Assembly: GCA_021792955.1 (NCBI GenBank)
Contig: JAJYTP010000003.1
Span: forward strand, 18,037-82,036
Length of the DNA: 64,000 bases
From: an archaeon
Lineage (GTDB): Archaea; Thermoproteota; Nitrososphaeria; Conexivisphaerales; UBA164
Direction of reading: 5' to 3'
How positions within the stretch are numbered: position 1 is the stretch's first letter; every line of letters starts with the position of its first letter. The translations under genes and the position numbers were made by a program. Under the pieces are notes generated by a model. It was given only the letters and a program-made list of their open reading frames with translations. It was not told where the DNA came from and ran no database searches. Positions 49,838-59,946 of this stretch are shown here, piece after piece.

Positions 49838-50623
49838 CTACGAAGAGTTCGGCCTGTCAGCTGAATAATCGATGATTTGATTTTCCGGCTCAGGGAGCTC
49901 GTACCACCTTCTTTTGTCGCCTATGAACGCTCTGATCTTCCACCTCAGGCTCTTCGGCACATCCTCGATCAATTGAAGGAGCCGAGCAATTCTGGCCCTT
50001 ACCAGCTCCTTTTTTTCGCGTTCTATATTCATTCGGGTTAAGGCATCATCAACTGTGGCGAGCGTCAATTTAAAGGTCCTGTAGATGCCCCAATTATCAC
50101 GACAAAGCCCAGCTATGTAACCACCGTTAATCATTTCATCATCAATGTCGCCTACGTCATAATCGATCAGAAGGCTGATTATATCTTTGACGTCCTTCTC
50201 ATTTATCTCGACTATCTGAAGTTTTGTAACAAGCATATCGGCCAGGGAAATTGTGTACCTATCAATTTCCAGCCTTTCCATGAAATTGAACCTGTGACAC
50301 ATCTCCAAACTGTCCAGGAAGACGTCGACCCGCCGCCTATTAGCCGCATCCTTGAATAGAAGCCGCTTTAAACCATATATGGCGTTAAACCTCTCCTCTG
50401 GGATATAACCCATATCAATAAATAGCTGCAAAAGCTTCTTGGCCTGTACTGCATGCGCCATAAAGTCCAGGTCGGTATAGTTCCTCTGCAGGCTCCCCTG
50501 TTTTGCGGACGGACAACGAAGCAAGAATGAAACTCCACCCATGAGCCTTAGAATGACCTCCCTTGACTCGGCAGCATCGATGATCCTCTTTGCTTCATCA
50601 GCTGGGTCCGATAGAGGTCGCAT
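49838..50623 (-). CDS. Nucleotidyltransferase-fold protein
   Basis: LMGGVS..RNYTDLDF, VDVF and TKLQ..KDVKD, typical of the AbiEii/NTase-like GG..DhD..D pattern. Confidence 0.8.
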   Translation of the reverse strand: MRPLSDPADEAKRIIDAAESREVILRLMGGVSFLLRCPSAKQGSLQRNYTDLDFMAHAVQAKKLLQLFIDMGYIPEERFNAIYGLKRLLFKDAANRRRVDVFLDSLEMCHRFNFMERLEIDRYTISLADMLVTKLQIVEINEKDVKDIISLLIDYDVGDIDDEMINGGYIAGLCRDNWGIYRTFKLTLATVDDALTRMNIEREKKELVRARIARLLQLIEDVPKSLRWKIRAFIGDKRRWYELPEPENQIIDYSADRPNSS

Positions 50624-50890
50624 TCATCGCTTCTGGACCGTATTTGTATTTAACCATTGCTACCCATCCGGACAGCTCATTCGTATAAATGGCATGGGAT
50701 CCGAATTTTTCAAATAACGCGCTGGGCCTACGGCGCCGGCCGTAAGGACTCAGCTGCAAATGACAATTGTTTATATCGGACGCTCTGGGCTTGCGGTTAG
50801 GCCATCTCGATTTTCCTACGGCTTAGGGGTTGAGTAAAGTCCAAGGCTGGACGCCTAATAACGTTTTTATATGCAGTGCTCCTGTAATCG

Positions 50891-51409
50891 ATGAGGAATC
50901 AATTGAGTGAACTGGCCAAAGTAGAGGCGGCCCTATATGCATCCGGGAGGCCCCTTTCGTTGGATGAACTGATAAGGATCACCGGAGTTCCAAAGACCAG
51001 AATTAAACCCCTTTTAACCGAGCTTGAGAGTAATGTTAAGGCCTACTCTCAGGCCCTGGAGCTGGTTCAGGTTAGAGGTGACCTTTATGCGCTCAGGCTT
51101 AAACAGGACTTCGTGTATATAGCCAAAAGGTCATCACTAAGGCCTGTAATATCCAAGGCTGTATTGAGAACGCTGACCATGGTAGCATACTACCAGCCTA
51201 TATCGTCGCTGGACCTCTCCCTCAGGAGGGGCACTCAGGTTTATGGGCACCTGAAGCTTTTGGAATCTCTGGGTTATCTCAGGCATGAAGTAAAAGATAG
51301 GAGACGATATTTCTATACAACGCCATACTTTTCTTCTTACTTTGGCGTGCCGGATGATACGGATGGTATAAAAAAGAAACTTTCAAGCCTATTCAAAGCT
51401 ACGCACTAG
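50891..51409 (+). CDS. scpB: Segregation and condensation protein B
   Basis: VEAALYASGRPLSLDEL, LRTLTMVAYYQPI, RG and YTTPYFSSYFG. Confidence 0.9.
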   Translation: MRNQLSELAKVEAALYASGRPLSLDELIRITGVPKTRIKPLLTELESNVKAYSQALELVQVRGDLYALRLKQDFVYIAKRSSLRPVISKAVLRTLTMVAYYQPISSLDLSLRRGTQVYGHLKLLESLGYLRHEVKDRRRYFYTTPYFSSYFGVPDDTDGIKKKLSSLFKATH

Positions 51410-51597
51410 TCAGCTGTCGGGGGCACCATGGAATCTGCCCTGATTGGCTAACAACCTGCTAACGCTGTCAAAAATAGAAAGCGGGCAAAAAGGAGCCCCT
51501 GAAAATGTTGGAGAGTGCTGGCCTGCGCGTTCAGGCCTCAGGTGATAGAACCGGAGTCCAACTAGCTTTAATTTAACATCAGATCATAACGATCTCC

Positions 51598-52509
51598 TTG
51601 GACAAATCCGTTGTAAAAATGCTTTTAACTTCCATCTTCCGGACTAGATCGTTGTTAAGCCACATTTATCAGGGGCTAGCCTTTGGAACGTTTGCGCTGG
51701 TATTTTACACGGTCGCGGACTTGCTTGTTAAATATCCTGCCGCCAAGATTGGAAATAGGGCGGTCTCGATCATAACCCTTGGAGTATCAAATGTACCCAT
51801 AGTTATTGCCCTGGTGCTGACAGCTAACGGCGCTCATTTTAGCTATATGATGGTGGTGCTATCAGCTATAAGCGGCATATGCCTTGGGGGCGGTACGCTG
51901 ATGGTACTAAAGAGCCTTGAAAGTCAGCAGGTCACTAATACAATGGCCTTAATCGAACTTGGGCTCGTGCTTACGGTCGTATATGGCATATTTATCCTGC
52001 ACGAATCGGAGCGCATTCTCGGCTACGTGGGGGTGGCGGGCATATTTATAGGATCTTTGTTGGTATCAACGAAGGGCTTGAGCATAAATACTAAACTCAT
52101 ACCGGCCATGGTGGGAAACGTCATATGGGGAGGCCAGTTCATAGCAATATATTACGCCATCAATTATACTGATAATATTTTATTCCCAGCGTTGATCTCT
52201 TCGGTCACCGCAGTGATTACAGTAGAGCTATATGTCCTGCTCTCTGGTGGTCATCATTTTCCCTTCAGGCCCGGCATGAGGAGGCCACTTTTTGTTGGCA
52301 TTATTTCCGGTGCGTTCCTGGGGCTGGGCCTCATCGCTGTGATGTTCATAATGGAATTCCACGTCCTCCCTACGGGCATGTCCATGATGGCTGTCGAGCC
52401 CGTATTCATAACCGTATTAGGCGTAGTCTTCTACAAGGATTCCATAACCAAGGTGCAGGCCCTGGGCATACTTCTGGCTACATTAGGTGCTATACTGCTT
52501 GCCGGATAA
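51598..52509 (+). CDS. EamA/DMT family transporter
   Basis: Ten TM segments in two repeats (ILHESE..GVAGIFIG and FYKDSIT..GILLATLG). Real start may be a later TTG near 51652. Confidence 0.85.
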   Translation: MDKSVVKMLLTSIFRTRSLLSHIYQGLAFGTFALVFYTVADLLVKYPAAKIGNRAVSIITLGVSNVPIVIALVLTANGAHFSYMMVVLSAISGICLGGGTLMVLKSLESQQVTNTMALIELGLVLTVVYGIFILHESERILGYVGVAGIFIGSLLVSTKGLSINTKLIPAMVGNVIWGGQFIAIYYAINYTDNILFPALISSVTAVITVELYVLLSGGHHFPFRPGMRRPLFVGIISGAFLGLGLIAVMFIMEFHVLPTGMSMMAVEPVFITVLGVVFYKDSITKVQALGILLATLGAILLAG

Positions 52510-52703
52510 ACGGTAGGCAATAGCGGCCAAGATGAACTGTCACCAGTTAACCCGGAAGCAAATTCTAACCTTCAATTTGGGCGCTCAGGAACGATCAATA
52601 TATTGAAGGCTGAAACGTGCATTAAAAGTGTTTGGCTAAGGAACTAGCCGTAGCCTCCCCTTGCTCGCCGTGCATAATCGGCTCTGCTAAATCCACACAT
52701 TTC

Positions 52704-54947
52704 TTAATTAAAAAATGTGAACGTATTACCAAGGCTAGTTACCAGTTTGACTTCGTAGACGCCATTTTCAAAGAAGGGGGAAAGATCATATATGCTTCCG
52801 CTGGGTATGATTATGGAAACGTTTTCGTGGGTTGCGGATGCGTTTGAAATAAGCCATGCGCTAATTACGGTTATCGTCTGAGGGCCCTCGTTCTCTATCA
52901 GGACGGCTGATTCATTAGCCAGAAATGTGGCCTGATCCACCTCGGTTATAGCCGTGGGTTGAATCGAAATGATCGTCGAATTGCTTATGACAGGTACAGG
53001 AATGAGCAATTGAGTTTCCTGTCCGGCCGAAACTTTCACACTTTCTAGCAGGTCCATATGGTTGGTTGATATGCTATGCATGGAAATGCTTATGGTATCG
53101 GCGGATACGGATCCAAGGGTAATGAGGGCTGTTAAAGACGTGGAACTTGATGGAATAGTAAAAGATATGTTAGTAAAAGAACTACCAGGTAGCATAAATG
53201 ATTGTCCATCTCTTAAAAAGAGATCCTGTATCTGCATGGGAATAGATTCAGGAAGGCCGAAACTGATAGAAGGCATTATTCCATTGGGAGGGTAAGCACG
53301 AATTACAAAACCATTCCAGTATGTTATGTAGCTGCTTCCCAAGGCATCTCCAACCAGCCCCAGATATTTACCATCTGCAGATACAGTTAAACTATTGGCA
53401 GTGCTGCCAAATGTAGCCAGATTGTTAGATGCTGCTCCTATATAGGCGGTAGCGCTGGAGCCTGATACTACTATATCGTATTGATACCATGTATCCGGTT
53501 TCTCATCTAATCCAGACGATGGCGCTGTCCAACTAGTCCAGGAATTAGTTGTGGCCAGTCCGGAGTAATCGGCTCCCCCTCTGCTATCGAGCCTTGCCAT
53601 TTGCCCTGCACCATTGGCATTCGCAAGAAAGTAAACATTGCCGAGGCCTGTGGTATAAACGTCGAAACTTATTATCTCATTTGTTGCTAATAACGGCACA
53701 TATGTGTACATATAATCCCCGCTTGCGGAATTTGCATAAAACGCGTTACCTGTGGAGTAATGGCTGCCGGATGGCGCGGTGGCCGTAATCCCCGCTTTTC
53801 CAGAGATATTCCAGTCGGTAACAGAAGTCGGATTCACGGCATAATAATCGAACACGTTCTGGCCATTATCGTATTGGCCATAAACAGACGAAAGCTCGGG
53901 TGCCTCGCCCAGATATACGCCATTAAAGTTTACCGAAGAGTTTTCCACTGCCATCCACAGTGTTATCTGTGAATTGCCAGCTATCCCCCCTGGAATTTTA
54001 ACCCAATAAGTAGCTACACCACCGCTTATGCCCTCAAGCCATGCATAGAGTTCTGAATTAAATGATAATGATGCAGAAGAGAAGAACCTTACGTTAGACC
54101 CGTTTGTATTTATAGTATTGAAACCATCATATAGCAGGATCGCGTTTTCATTACTTATATTAACGGTGATCATCTCTTGGAAAGGAGAAGGGGTAGGTGA
54201 TGCCTGCCCATTATCTATTGTAATCGGTATAGCCTCAAATTCGGAGTAGTTGACAGCGGATGGGTTTATGGGGGCGATTTTAAATTCAGCAGCGGCCGTA
54301 GAGGCCGTAATATATACATCCGTCAAATTTAAGTAACTTAGGCTGAGGTTCAGGGGCTTTGATTCTAGAGAGGAAAGGTAAGTGCCGTTTAGCAATATGG
54401 AAGTGTCATAAGCCGATACATATGTGCTAGGTAGATCGATCAAGAAGTTGAAGTTTTCATTTGGTTGGAGGCTGAAGGAAAATATAGCTTCCCATTTGCC
54501 ATTTATATGGTTAAAGGAGTAAACGTTGATAAACGATTCGTTAGGATCATTGATGTATTTTCCGCTTATCGCTAGCTTATAGGTTTGATATCCCGAACCT
54601 GTGTTGAAATTGAAAATACACTGATATGTAGACAAAGAGAGGCCGTTATGGCCATCGAATTCGTACAGATATGGAGGTGTATTGGTGTAATTGGAAAACT
54701 GCCCGTTATCGTTGGCTACTTCAATGTAAGAGACGTTATATTGCTGTGTTACTAGCGTATTCGAATTCGGAAGTTGGATCAAGTTTTCTTCGGATTTAGC
54801 TACTTGATTATTGAATATCTGATTCTGAGTATTAAAGAAGCTGAAGTTAGCGTCCATTATTTCATACATAGAAACTATCGCTATAACTATGATCAGGATT
54901 ACAAATATTGCAGCTATTATCCCGGCCTGCCCGCGCCTATTTTTCAA
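52704..54947 (-). CDS. Large type IV pilin-like surface protein with class III signal peptide and DUF2341-like insert
   Basis: KNRRG|QAGIIAAIFVILII prepilin signature; PITIDNGQ..PFQ..NVRF..LYAWLE..YWVK..GEAPELSSVYGQYDNG (DUF2341-like); pilin-like C-terminus IENEG..VKLVTSLGNTF. Confidence 0.8.
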   Translation of the reverse strand: MKNRRGQAGIIAAIFVILIIVIAIVSMYEIMDANFSFFNTQNQIFNNQVAKSEENLIQLPNSNTLVTQQYNVSYIEVANDNGQFSNYTNTPPYLYEFDGHNGLSLSTYQCIFNFNTGSGYQTYKLAISGKYINDPNESFINVYSFNHINGKWEAIFSFSLQPNENFNFLIDLPSTYVSAYDTSILLNGTYLSSLESKPLNLSLSYLNLTDVYITASTAAAEFKIAPINPSAVNYSEFEAIPITIDNGQASPTPSPFQEMITVNISNENAILLYDGFNTINTNGSNVRFFSSASLSFNSELYAWLEGISGGVATYWVKIPGGIAGNSQITLWMAVENSSVNFNGVYLGEAPELSSVYGQYDNGQNVFDYYAVNPTSVTDWNISGKAGITATAPSGSHYSTGNAFYANSASGDYMYTYVPLLATNEIISFDVYTTGLGNVYFLANANGAGQMARLDSRGGADYSGLATTNSWTSWTAPSSGLDEKPDTWYQYDIVVSGSSATAYIGAASNNLATFGSTANSLTVSADGKYLGLVGDALGSSYITYWNGFVIRAYPPNGIMPSISFGLPESIPMQIQDLFLRDGQSFMLPGSSFTNISFTIPSSSTSLTALITLGSVSADTISISMHSISTNHMDLLESVKVSAGQETQLLIPVPVISNSTIISIQPTAITEVDQATFLANESAVLIENEGPQTITVISAWLISNASATHENVSIIIPSGSIYDLSPFFENGVYEVKLVTSLGNTFTFFN

Positions 54948-55480
54948 TCATATCACCATTATGTAGATATTTCTTCCAGATTATATCTGGTCCCTTCCAA
55001 GTGTAAACATATAATTTGTCATTATTTCCCAGTTCGTTTATAGAAAAGGATGCGGGTAATCTATTTTTATTATGCAACCAATGCCACTTGAACATCCTGT
55101 TAATTGCTATTCCTTTTTATATAAGTATTACGTTGAACCTGTCATTAGTTTCGTTCCAAAATTACCCTTTTTCATAATAGAATAGGCCAATCGATATTTC
55201 CTTCATAATTTTCCTAGCCCAATATATTAGTGCCTGCGTTTTATAATTATTAACGACGCCATCAGATTTAATGTAGCTATAATATTACATGAGTGTTTCA
55301 GAGTTGGTATTGTTCTACCATTATCACTTGATAACTCTGACACTCATTTGGTCCATGCCCTCCGTAAGCTCGTATGGGAAAAAATTCGGAACATAGAGCA
55401 TCTTACAAATAAAGCAGATTAGGATAATTAGTTTGGTTGGGGATTTGGATTAGTGGATACAGATATGCGCTGGTAATTGT
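54948..55480 (-). pseudogene. Probable degraded Asn-rich surface/pilin-accessory gene
   Basis: Short minus-strand coding-like fragments in shifting frames (YYSYIKSDGVVNNYK, FWNETNDRFNVILI, SINELGNNDKLYVYTW) run up to the pilin start, with many stops. Confidence 0.4.
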
Positions 55481-55483
55481 AAT

Positions 55484-55521
55484 CTAATTTCATACAGCAT
55501 TAGCCGGCATTCAGGCCTTGG
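55484..55521 (-). repeat. Inverted copy of the porC 5' leader and first codons
   Basis: The reverse complement matches 59368-59405 at 32/38 nt without gaps. Confidence 0.8.
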
Positions 55522-55585
55522 TCCGAATGGCCCTCATTCAGACACGAATTGCTCCTGCCGGCCCACCCGCCGGTTGGCCTGCCCT

Positions 55586-56791
55586 TTAAAGTGAGCCGCC
55601 ACCAAGTTTTTCTGTCCTATGAAATGTTCCCCCGTCAAAAAGCATCCCTCTAAAGGTGGCGTATATGATAAATGGGATGAGAATAAAATACATTATTTCC
55701 GATAGGATTGCAGTTACGGGGCTCATCCCCAGTTTGGCAGATGAAACCAGCATTGTAACCAAGCCTGCGATCAGGCTGAACGCTCCGACGGCGATAACTA
55801 TGTAATCGAAGTGAGGTATGTAGAACGCAAGCAACGCTCCTATAGCTGTGGAACATACGAACAATATTCCGACGAAGGGAGATAGCCCGGTCATTACGAT
55901 ATCGAGTTTGGACTTTAACCGCATTTTCCCTGTAGCTATCTGTCCTAAATATCTGAGTGTTGCTCTGACCATTCCCTCACTCCATCTTATCTGCTGTCTT
56001 ATCGCTTCCTCCATGGTAAAGGGCACCTCACATCTGACCACTATCTCCGGTGCATAGGCTATCTTCATTCCATCACTCAATAACCTGATTGTCAGGTCCC
56101 AATCCTCCCCTATATCCTCAACGAATGAATATTTTCTCAGGAGGTTCGTTTTGATCATAAAATTGTTCCCTGTGATCGTTACAGGTAGGCCGATTGTCCC
56201 CTTGGAAGGCTGTTCTATAAGCTGATAATAGCTCTGCATTACTGAAGTTGCTCCGGCCACCTTGCTGTAGCCTGAATCCAGGTCGGTCAACTGTACTCCT
56301 TGAACCGCATCAAATCCTTCGCCCATCTTCATAACAAACCTCTGCAAGAGGTCCTTGTCGAACAGGCTATCGGCATCGAGTATAAGGCAATATTCGGAAG
56401 TTAGGTCGCATCGCTTGACCGCTTCGTTGAGAGCCCCCCCTTTCCACCCACTTCTATTTGGCCTGTGTATCACCTTGATCCTCGGGTCAGAAGACCATCT
56501 GGCCAGTCTTTCCGATGTCCCATCATCAGAATCATCAACAACTATTATCTCATAATTGTCATAATTGAGAGAGCTACAGCTGGCAAGGGCCCTATCAACA
56601 ACCCTGCTTTCATTGTAGAGCGGCAGCAGGACAGAAACCTTAGGTCTGCGCCTGTAAGTTCCTTCTGCGTAAGTGGAAGGCCTGAACAGCTGTACTGCAG
56701 AAAAGAAATATGGCCTGACCGTGTATGCCAGGAAAGCCGTTGCCGTGATCACGTATGCGGCTATGGCGACTGATGACCATGATAATGGCAT
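55586..56791 (-). CDS. Processive GT2 (cellulose synthase-like) glycosyltransferase
   Basis: LPLYNE, DDSDD, KGGALN, DAD, GED and QQIRW motifs; flanking TM segments. Confidence 0.92.
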   Translation of the reverse strand: MPLSWSSVAIAAYVITATAFLAYTVRPYFFSAVQLFRPSTYAEGTYRRRPKVSVLLPLYNESRVVDRALASCSSLNYDNYEIIVVDDSDDGTSERLARWSSDPRIKVIHRPNRSGWKGGALNEAVKRCDLTSEYCLILDADSLFDKDLLQRFVMKMGEGFDAVQGVQLTDLDSGYSKVAGATSVMQSYYQLIEQPSKGTIGLPVTITGNNFMIKTNLLRKYSFVEDIGEDWDLTIRLLSDGMKIAYAPEIVVRCEVPFTMEEAIRQQIRWSEGMVRATLRYLGQIATGKMRLKSKLDIVMTGLSPFVGILFVCSTAIGALLAFYIPHFDYIVIAVGAFSLIAGLVTMLVSSAKLGMSPVTAILSEIMYFILIPFIIYATFRGMLFDGGTFHRTEKLGGGSL

Positions 56792-56952
56792 TGGTTATAT
56801 AGGCAATTACCGCCCGTTAATAAACACGCTGAGCTTTGTAGTGTCCCTATAAGTGTGAGGGATGGGCTTTAGAGGTTTAGCCAAAATCGGTTTTCTGTGT
56901 TAGCCCGCACGATTACCTTTAAAATATTCTAAAATTATATATTAAAACTTGC

Positions 56953-57155
56953 TTACTGGTAACAGCATAATTTACTCATGTTCATTTATTAGTGACAATG
57001 GGTTTGTCGTGTAAAACGATGCAAGGGTTTCGGGCCTTTCCTCTGATGCCTTTAAATCCATACAATTATATAGATTGTTTGGCTTATTCAAATAGCAGTA
57101 ACATATTTCCTAGGCATGATTGTCAAAAATATATGAATAATTTATACCGTTATCA
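56953..57155 (+). repeat. Degenerate direct duplicate of the por operon upstream region (59147-59321)
   Basis: Shared blocks in the same order: TTACTGGTAACA, ATAATTTACTCAT, GCAAG..TTTC.GGCC, ATACAATTATA, CATATTT..TAGG, TCAAAAATATATGAATAA.TTATA. Confidence 0.85.
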
Positions 57156-57479
57156 GTAAGTATGTTTATACTCCGAATTGATGTAGCTCTGAGATCATAA
57201 AAGGATATGAAAGATTTGAGGTATGAAATCTATTTGGTAAAAATTGTTTTATAGGATTGATGCCAAGATATACCTCGGCTTCAGCTATTCTGGAGTCAAC
57301 CTTTCATTTCTTTTTCCTTCTTTTTAGAAAATTGAGAGTACTTGTCGAGCTTGTTGTGTTTATCCGGGAATCGTTTTCTGCCCATACTAACTTTTTACGA
57401 CCGCGCCTTATAAAGATATTGAGGGTTTGGATGAAGCGACAAAACTCTGAAACCTGGGTGTGGAAAGTTAAGCTGATTT

Positions 57480-57682
57480 CAACAACGATAATGGTCTTTA
57501 GATAGCGCTCACGATGATGTGTTATGGGGATGACCATGCCCGAACTTATACCGCAGACTGGGCATAAGGCCGATGTTAGTCAAATATCGTTTAATCAAGA
57601 AAGGAGTTCCCCGCCGGTTGACTAGTCCGCAAGGGGATAGCCCTCAGGGAAGCTCACGCGCTTCAGCGTGCTAGAACGCCAC
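57480..57682. mobile_element. Possible IS200/IS605-family remnant
   Basis: GGGAAGCTCACGCGCTTCAGCGTG..GCCAC (57646-57682) resembles tnpB-element right ends. The adjacent minus-strand fragment TSALCPVCG resembles the TnpB zinc ribbon, but the two orientations disagree. Confidence 0.35.
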
Positions 57683-57846
57683 GAACTTTCCTAGAGAATG
57701 TGCATTCAATAAAAGGATCACCATTTGGGATGGCGGTTATAATGTATGCGATCGGTTAAAGTTATAGTTATATGCTAGGCCCACAATGCACAAAACCATG
57801 TGCTACAGGAGGGAATGGCCATAATGGTATGGTTGGGGTCCTGATT

Positions 57847-58731
57847 ATGAAAGTACAGGATGTCAGAAGGCCCGGCCGCGCCCGCGTGATTTTGGGTTCA
57901 CTCCACCTCATCAGGCCGATAAACTGTACAATGATGGGGTTGGCCGTCATCGTGGGGGCCATCCTCGCGAACCCAACCCTGTCGTACTTCTATTCCCTTA
58001 GGATCCCGTTCGGGTTTTTGGCCGGGTTTACGCTGACCGCTGCCGCCATGACTATCAATGACTATCATGACAGGGATATAGATGCTATCAATGAACCAGC
58101 TCGTCCGATCCCGAGTGGCGCTGTGTCGCTCAAAGCCGCTTTATTTTTAACCGGCCTTCTTTCAGTGGTCGGTTTACTCTTCGCCTACCTGACGAATGTC
58201 TTTTGCCTCATAGCTGCTGCACTTGCTTGGGTTGGTATGATGGTGTACTCGACCGTAGGAAAACGGAGCGGGTTGGCTGGAAACTTCCTTGTAAGCGCGT
58301 GCGTGGCCACACCATTTCTGTACGGGAGCCTTGCTGTGGTGAATATGATACAGCCAAACGTACTTCTATTTGCATCTATGGCCTTCTTTTCAAATACTGG
58401 AAGGGAGGTAACAAAGGGCATAGTGGACGTCAAGGGAGATATGAGCAGGAACATAAAGACGCTTGCGGTGCGGCTTGGGGAGCGGAAGGCGGCTATCGGG
58501 GCGGCAGCATTATATGTACTAGCTGTTTGCCTATCTCCTATACCGCTCCTTCTGAACCTAGTTTCTATTTTATTCGTTCCTTTTGTATTAATCACGGATC
58601 TTGGCCTTCTATGGAGCTCTTTCCTCTTGGTCAGAGATCCATCGCGCGAGAGTGCCAGACGAATAAAGAGGATCGTGCTTTACCTATTTCTAATTGGCTT
58701 GCTCGCGTTCGTATTTGGTATGTTTAGATAA
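57847..58731 (+). CDS. Digeranylgeranylglyceryl phosphate synthase (UbiA family)
   Basis: IRPIN, INDYHDRDIDAINEPARPIPSG and REVTKGIVDVKGD..TLA. Start codon uncertain. Confidence 0.88.
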   Translation: MKVQDVRRPGRARVILGSLHLIRPINCTMMGLAVIVGAILANPTLSYFYSLRIPFGFLAGFTLTAAAMTINDYHDRDIDAINEPARPIPSGAVSLKAALFLTGLLSVVGLLFAYLTNVFCLIAAALAWVGMMVYSTVGKRSGLAGNFLVSACVATPFLYGSLAVVNMIQPNVLLFASMAFFSNTGREVTKGIVDVKGDMSRNIKTLAVRLGERKAAIGAAALYVLAVCLSPIPLLLNLVSILFVPFVLITDLGLLWSSFLLVRDPSRESARRIKRIVLYLFLIGLLAFVFGMFR

Positions 58732-59388
58732 CGGGCCTCGTCCTCTGCCAAGGGAGACGTCAAACCAGCACTGCCCAGCAGTCCATTTAAATGCCTTCTC
58801 GGATCATTCTTTAGATCTGATGCCTAGTCGAACTCCTATCTTCCATGTTCGGCCTTTATGTCATCGCCACCGGCGAACCTTTTATCGCCTATTCCCTTTA
58901 CCATCTCCAAGCCTGATACCATGCTCCTTCAGGTAATCCATCCGAGTAAGGTTAATCCCATGCCCCTTTTCCAGCACGCTACATTTGATATTTCCGAAAA
59001 TTTAACCAGTATCATAAGAATAGTTAGTTTTCTATCGTAGGACCCGGTTAGATAATTATCTTTTCATTATCAATTCAGATAGGATAACCCCGGGGTCTAT
59101 TTCTGGTAATAGGTGCTATTCGAAAATCCTTTCTATCTATATGTAATTACTGGTAACATTATAATTTACTCATTATTATCTATAAGTAGCAATGATTATG
59201 CCGTATAAAGCCAGGCAAGAATTTCAGGCCCTTTGATACAATTATAGGGATTGTGAGGTTTATTGAATCATATTTTTAGGTATGGTTATCAAAAATATAT
59301 GAATAAATTATATCATTGTCAAAAAGGCCGTAGCTTAATGAATAAATACAATTATAAGCATAAAATGCCAAGGCCAGAGCGATGGCTA

Positions 59389-59946
59389 ATGCTGTACGAA
59401 ATTAGGATTCATGGACGGGGTGGCCAGGGAGCGGTTAGCGCTGGTCGGCTTCTTGGGGAGGCCGCATCGGGAGCTGGATTTTACGTTCAGTCATTTCCGG
59501 AATTCGGAGCAGAAAGGTCTGGGGCGCCGGTCACAGCTTATGCAAGGCTGGCCGATGAGCCAATCGAAACTAGGAGCCCTGTTAACAGGCCCGATTTCAT
59601 CCTTATTATAGATCCATATCTCGCCGTCAATGCGAAATCCGTGATGGGGCTTAAGGAGGAGGGTATGGTGATTTCTAATTCAGACCGGTCACCTGAAAGC
59701 GTTAGGAATTCTCTGGGAGTAAAGGCGGCTCAAAAGGTCGCTTCGGTAAACGCTACTAAAATAGCTGTAGAGGCCATAGGAAGGAATAACCCCAATACCC
59801 CCATACTGGGAGCTTGGGCAGCCGTTTCCAGAGTTATCCCAGTCAGTCTAATAATCGAAGCTGTCAAGAAGTCCTTTCCCGGGAATATGGGAGAAGCAAA
59901 TGCGGAAGCCGTAAGAAGGGGCGCAGCGGAGGTGATCGCCAATTGA
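59389..59946 (+). CDS. porC: Pyruvate/2-ketoacid:ferredoxin oxidoreductase gamma subunit
   Basis: EIRIHGRGGQG and FGAERSGAPV. Start ATG 59389. Confidence 0.93.
   Translation: MLYEIRIHGRGGQGAVSAGRLLGEAASGAGFYVQSFPEFGAERSGAPVTAYARLADEPIETRSPVNRPDFILIIDPYLAVNAKSVMGLKEEGMVISNSDRSPESVRNSLGVKAAQKVASVNATKIAVEAIGRNNPNTPILGAWAAVSRVIPVSLIIEAVKKSFPGNMGEANAEAVRRGAAEVIAN

Noticed and set aside
50721..50754. GC-rich bulged hairpin (TACGGC-GCCG-GCCGTA core) between the divergent NTase and scpB genes
   Set aside because: No recognisable ncRNA family motif, poly-T tract or second copy, so no function can be supported.
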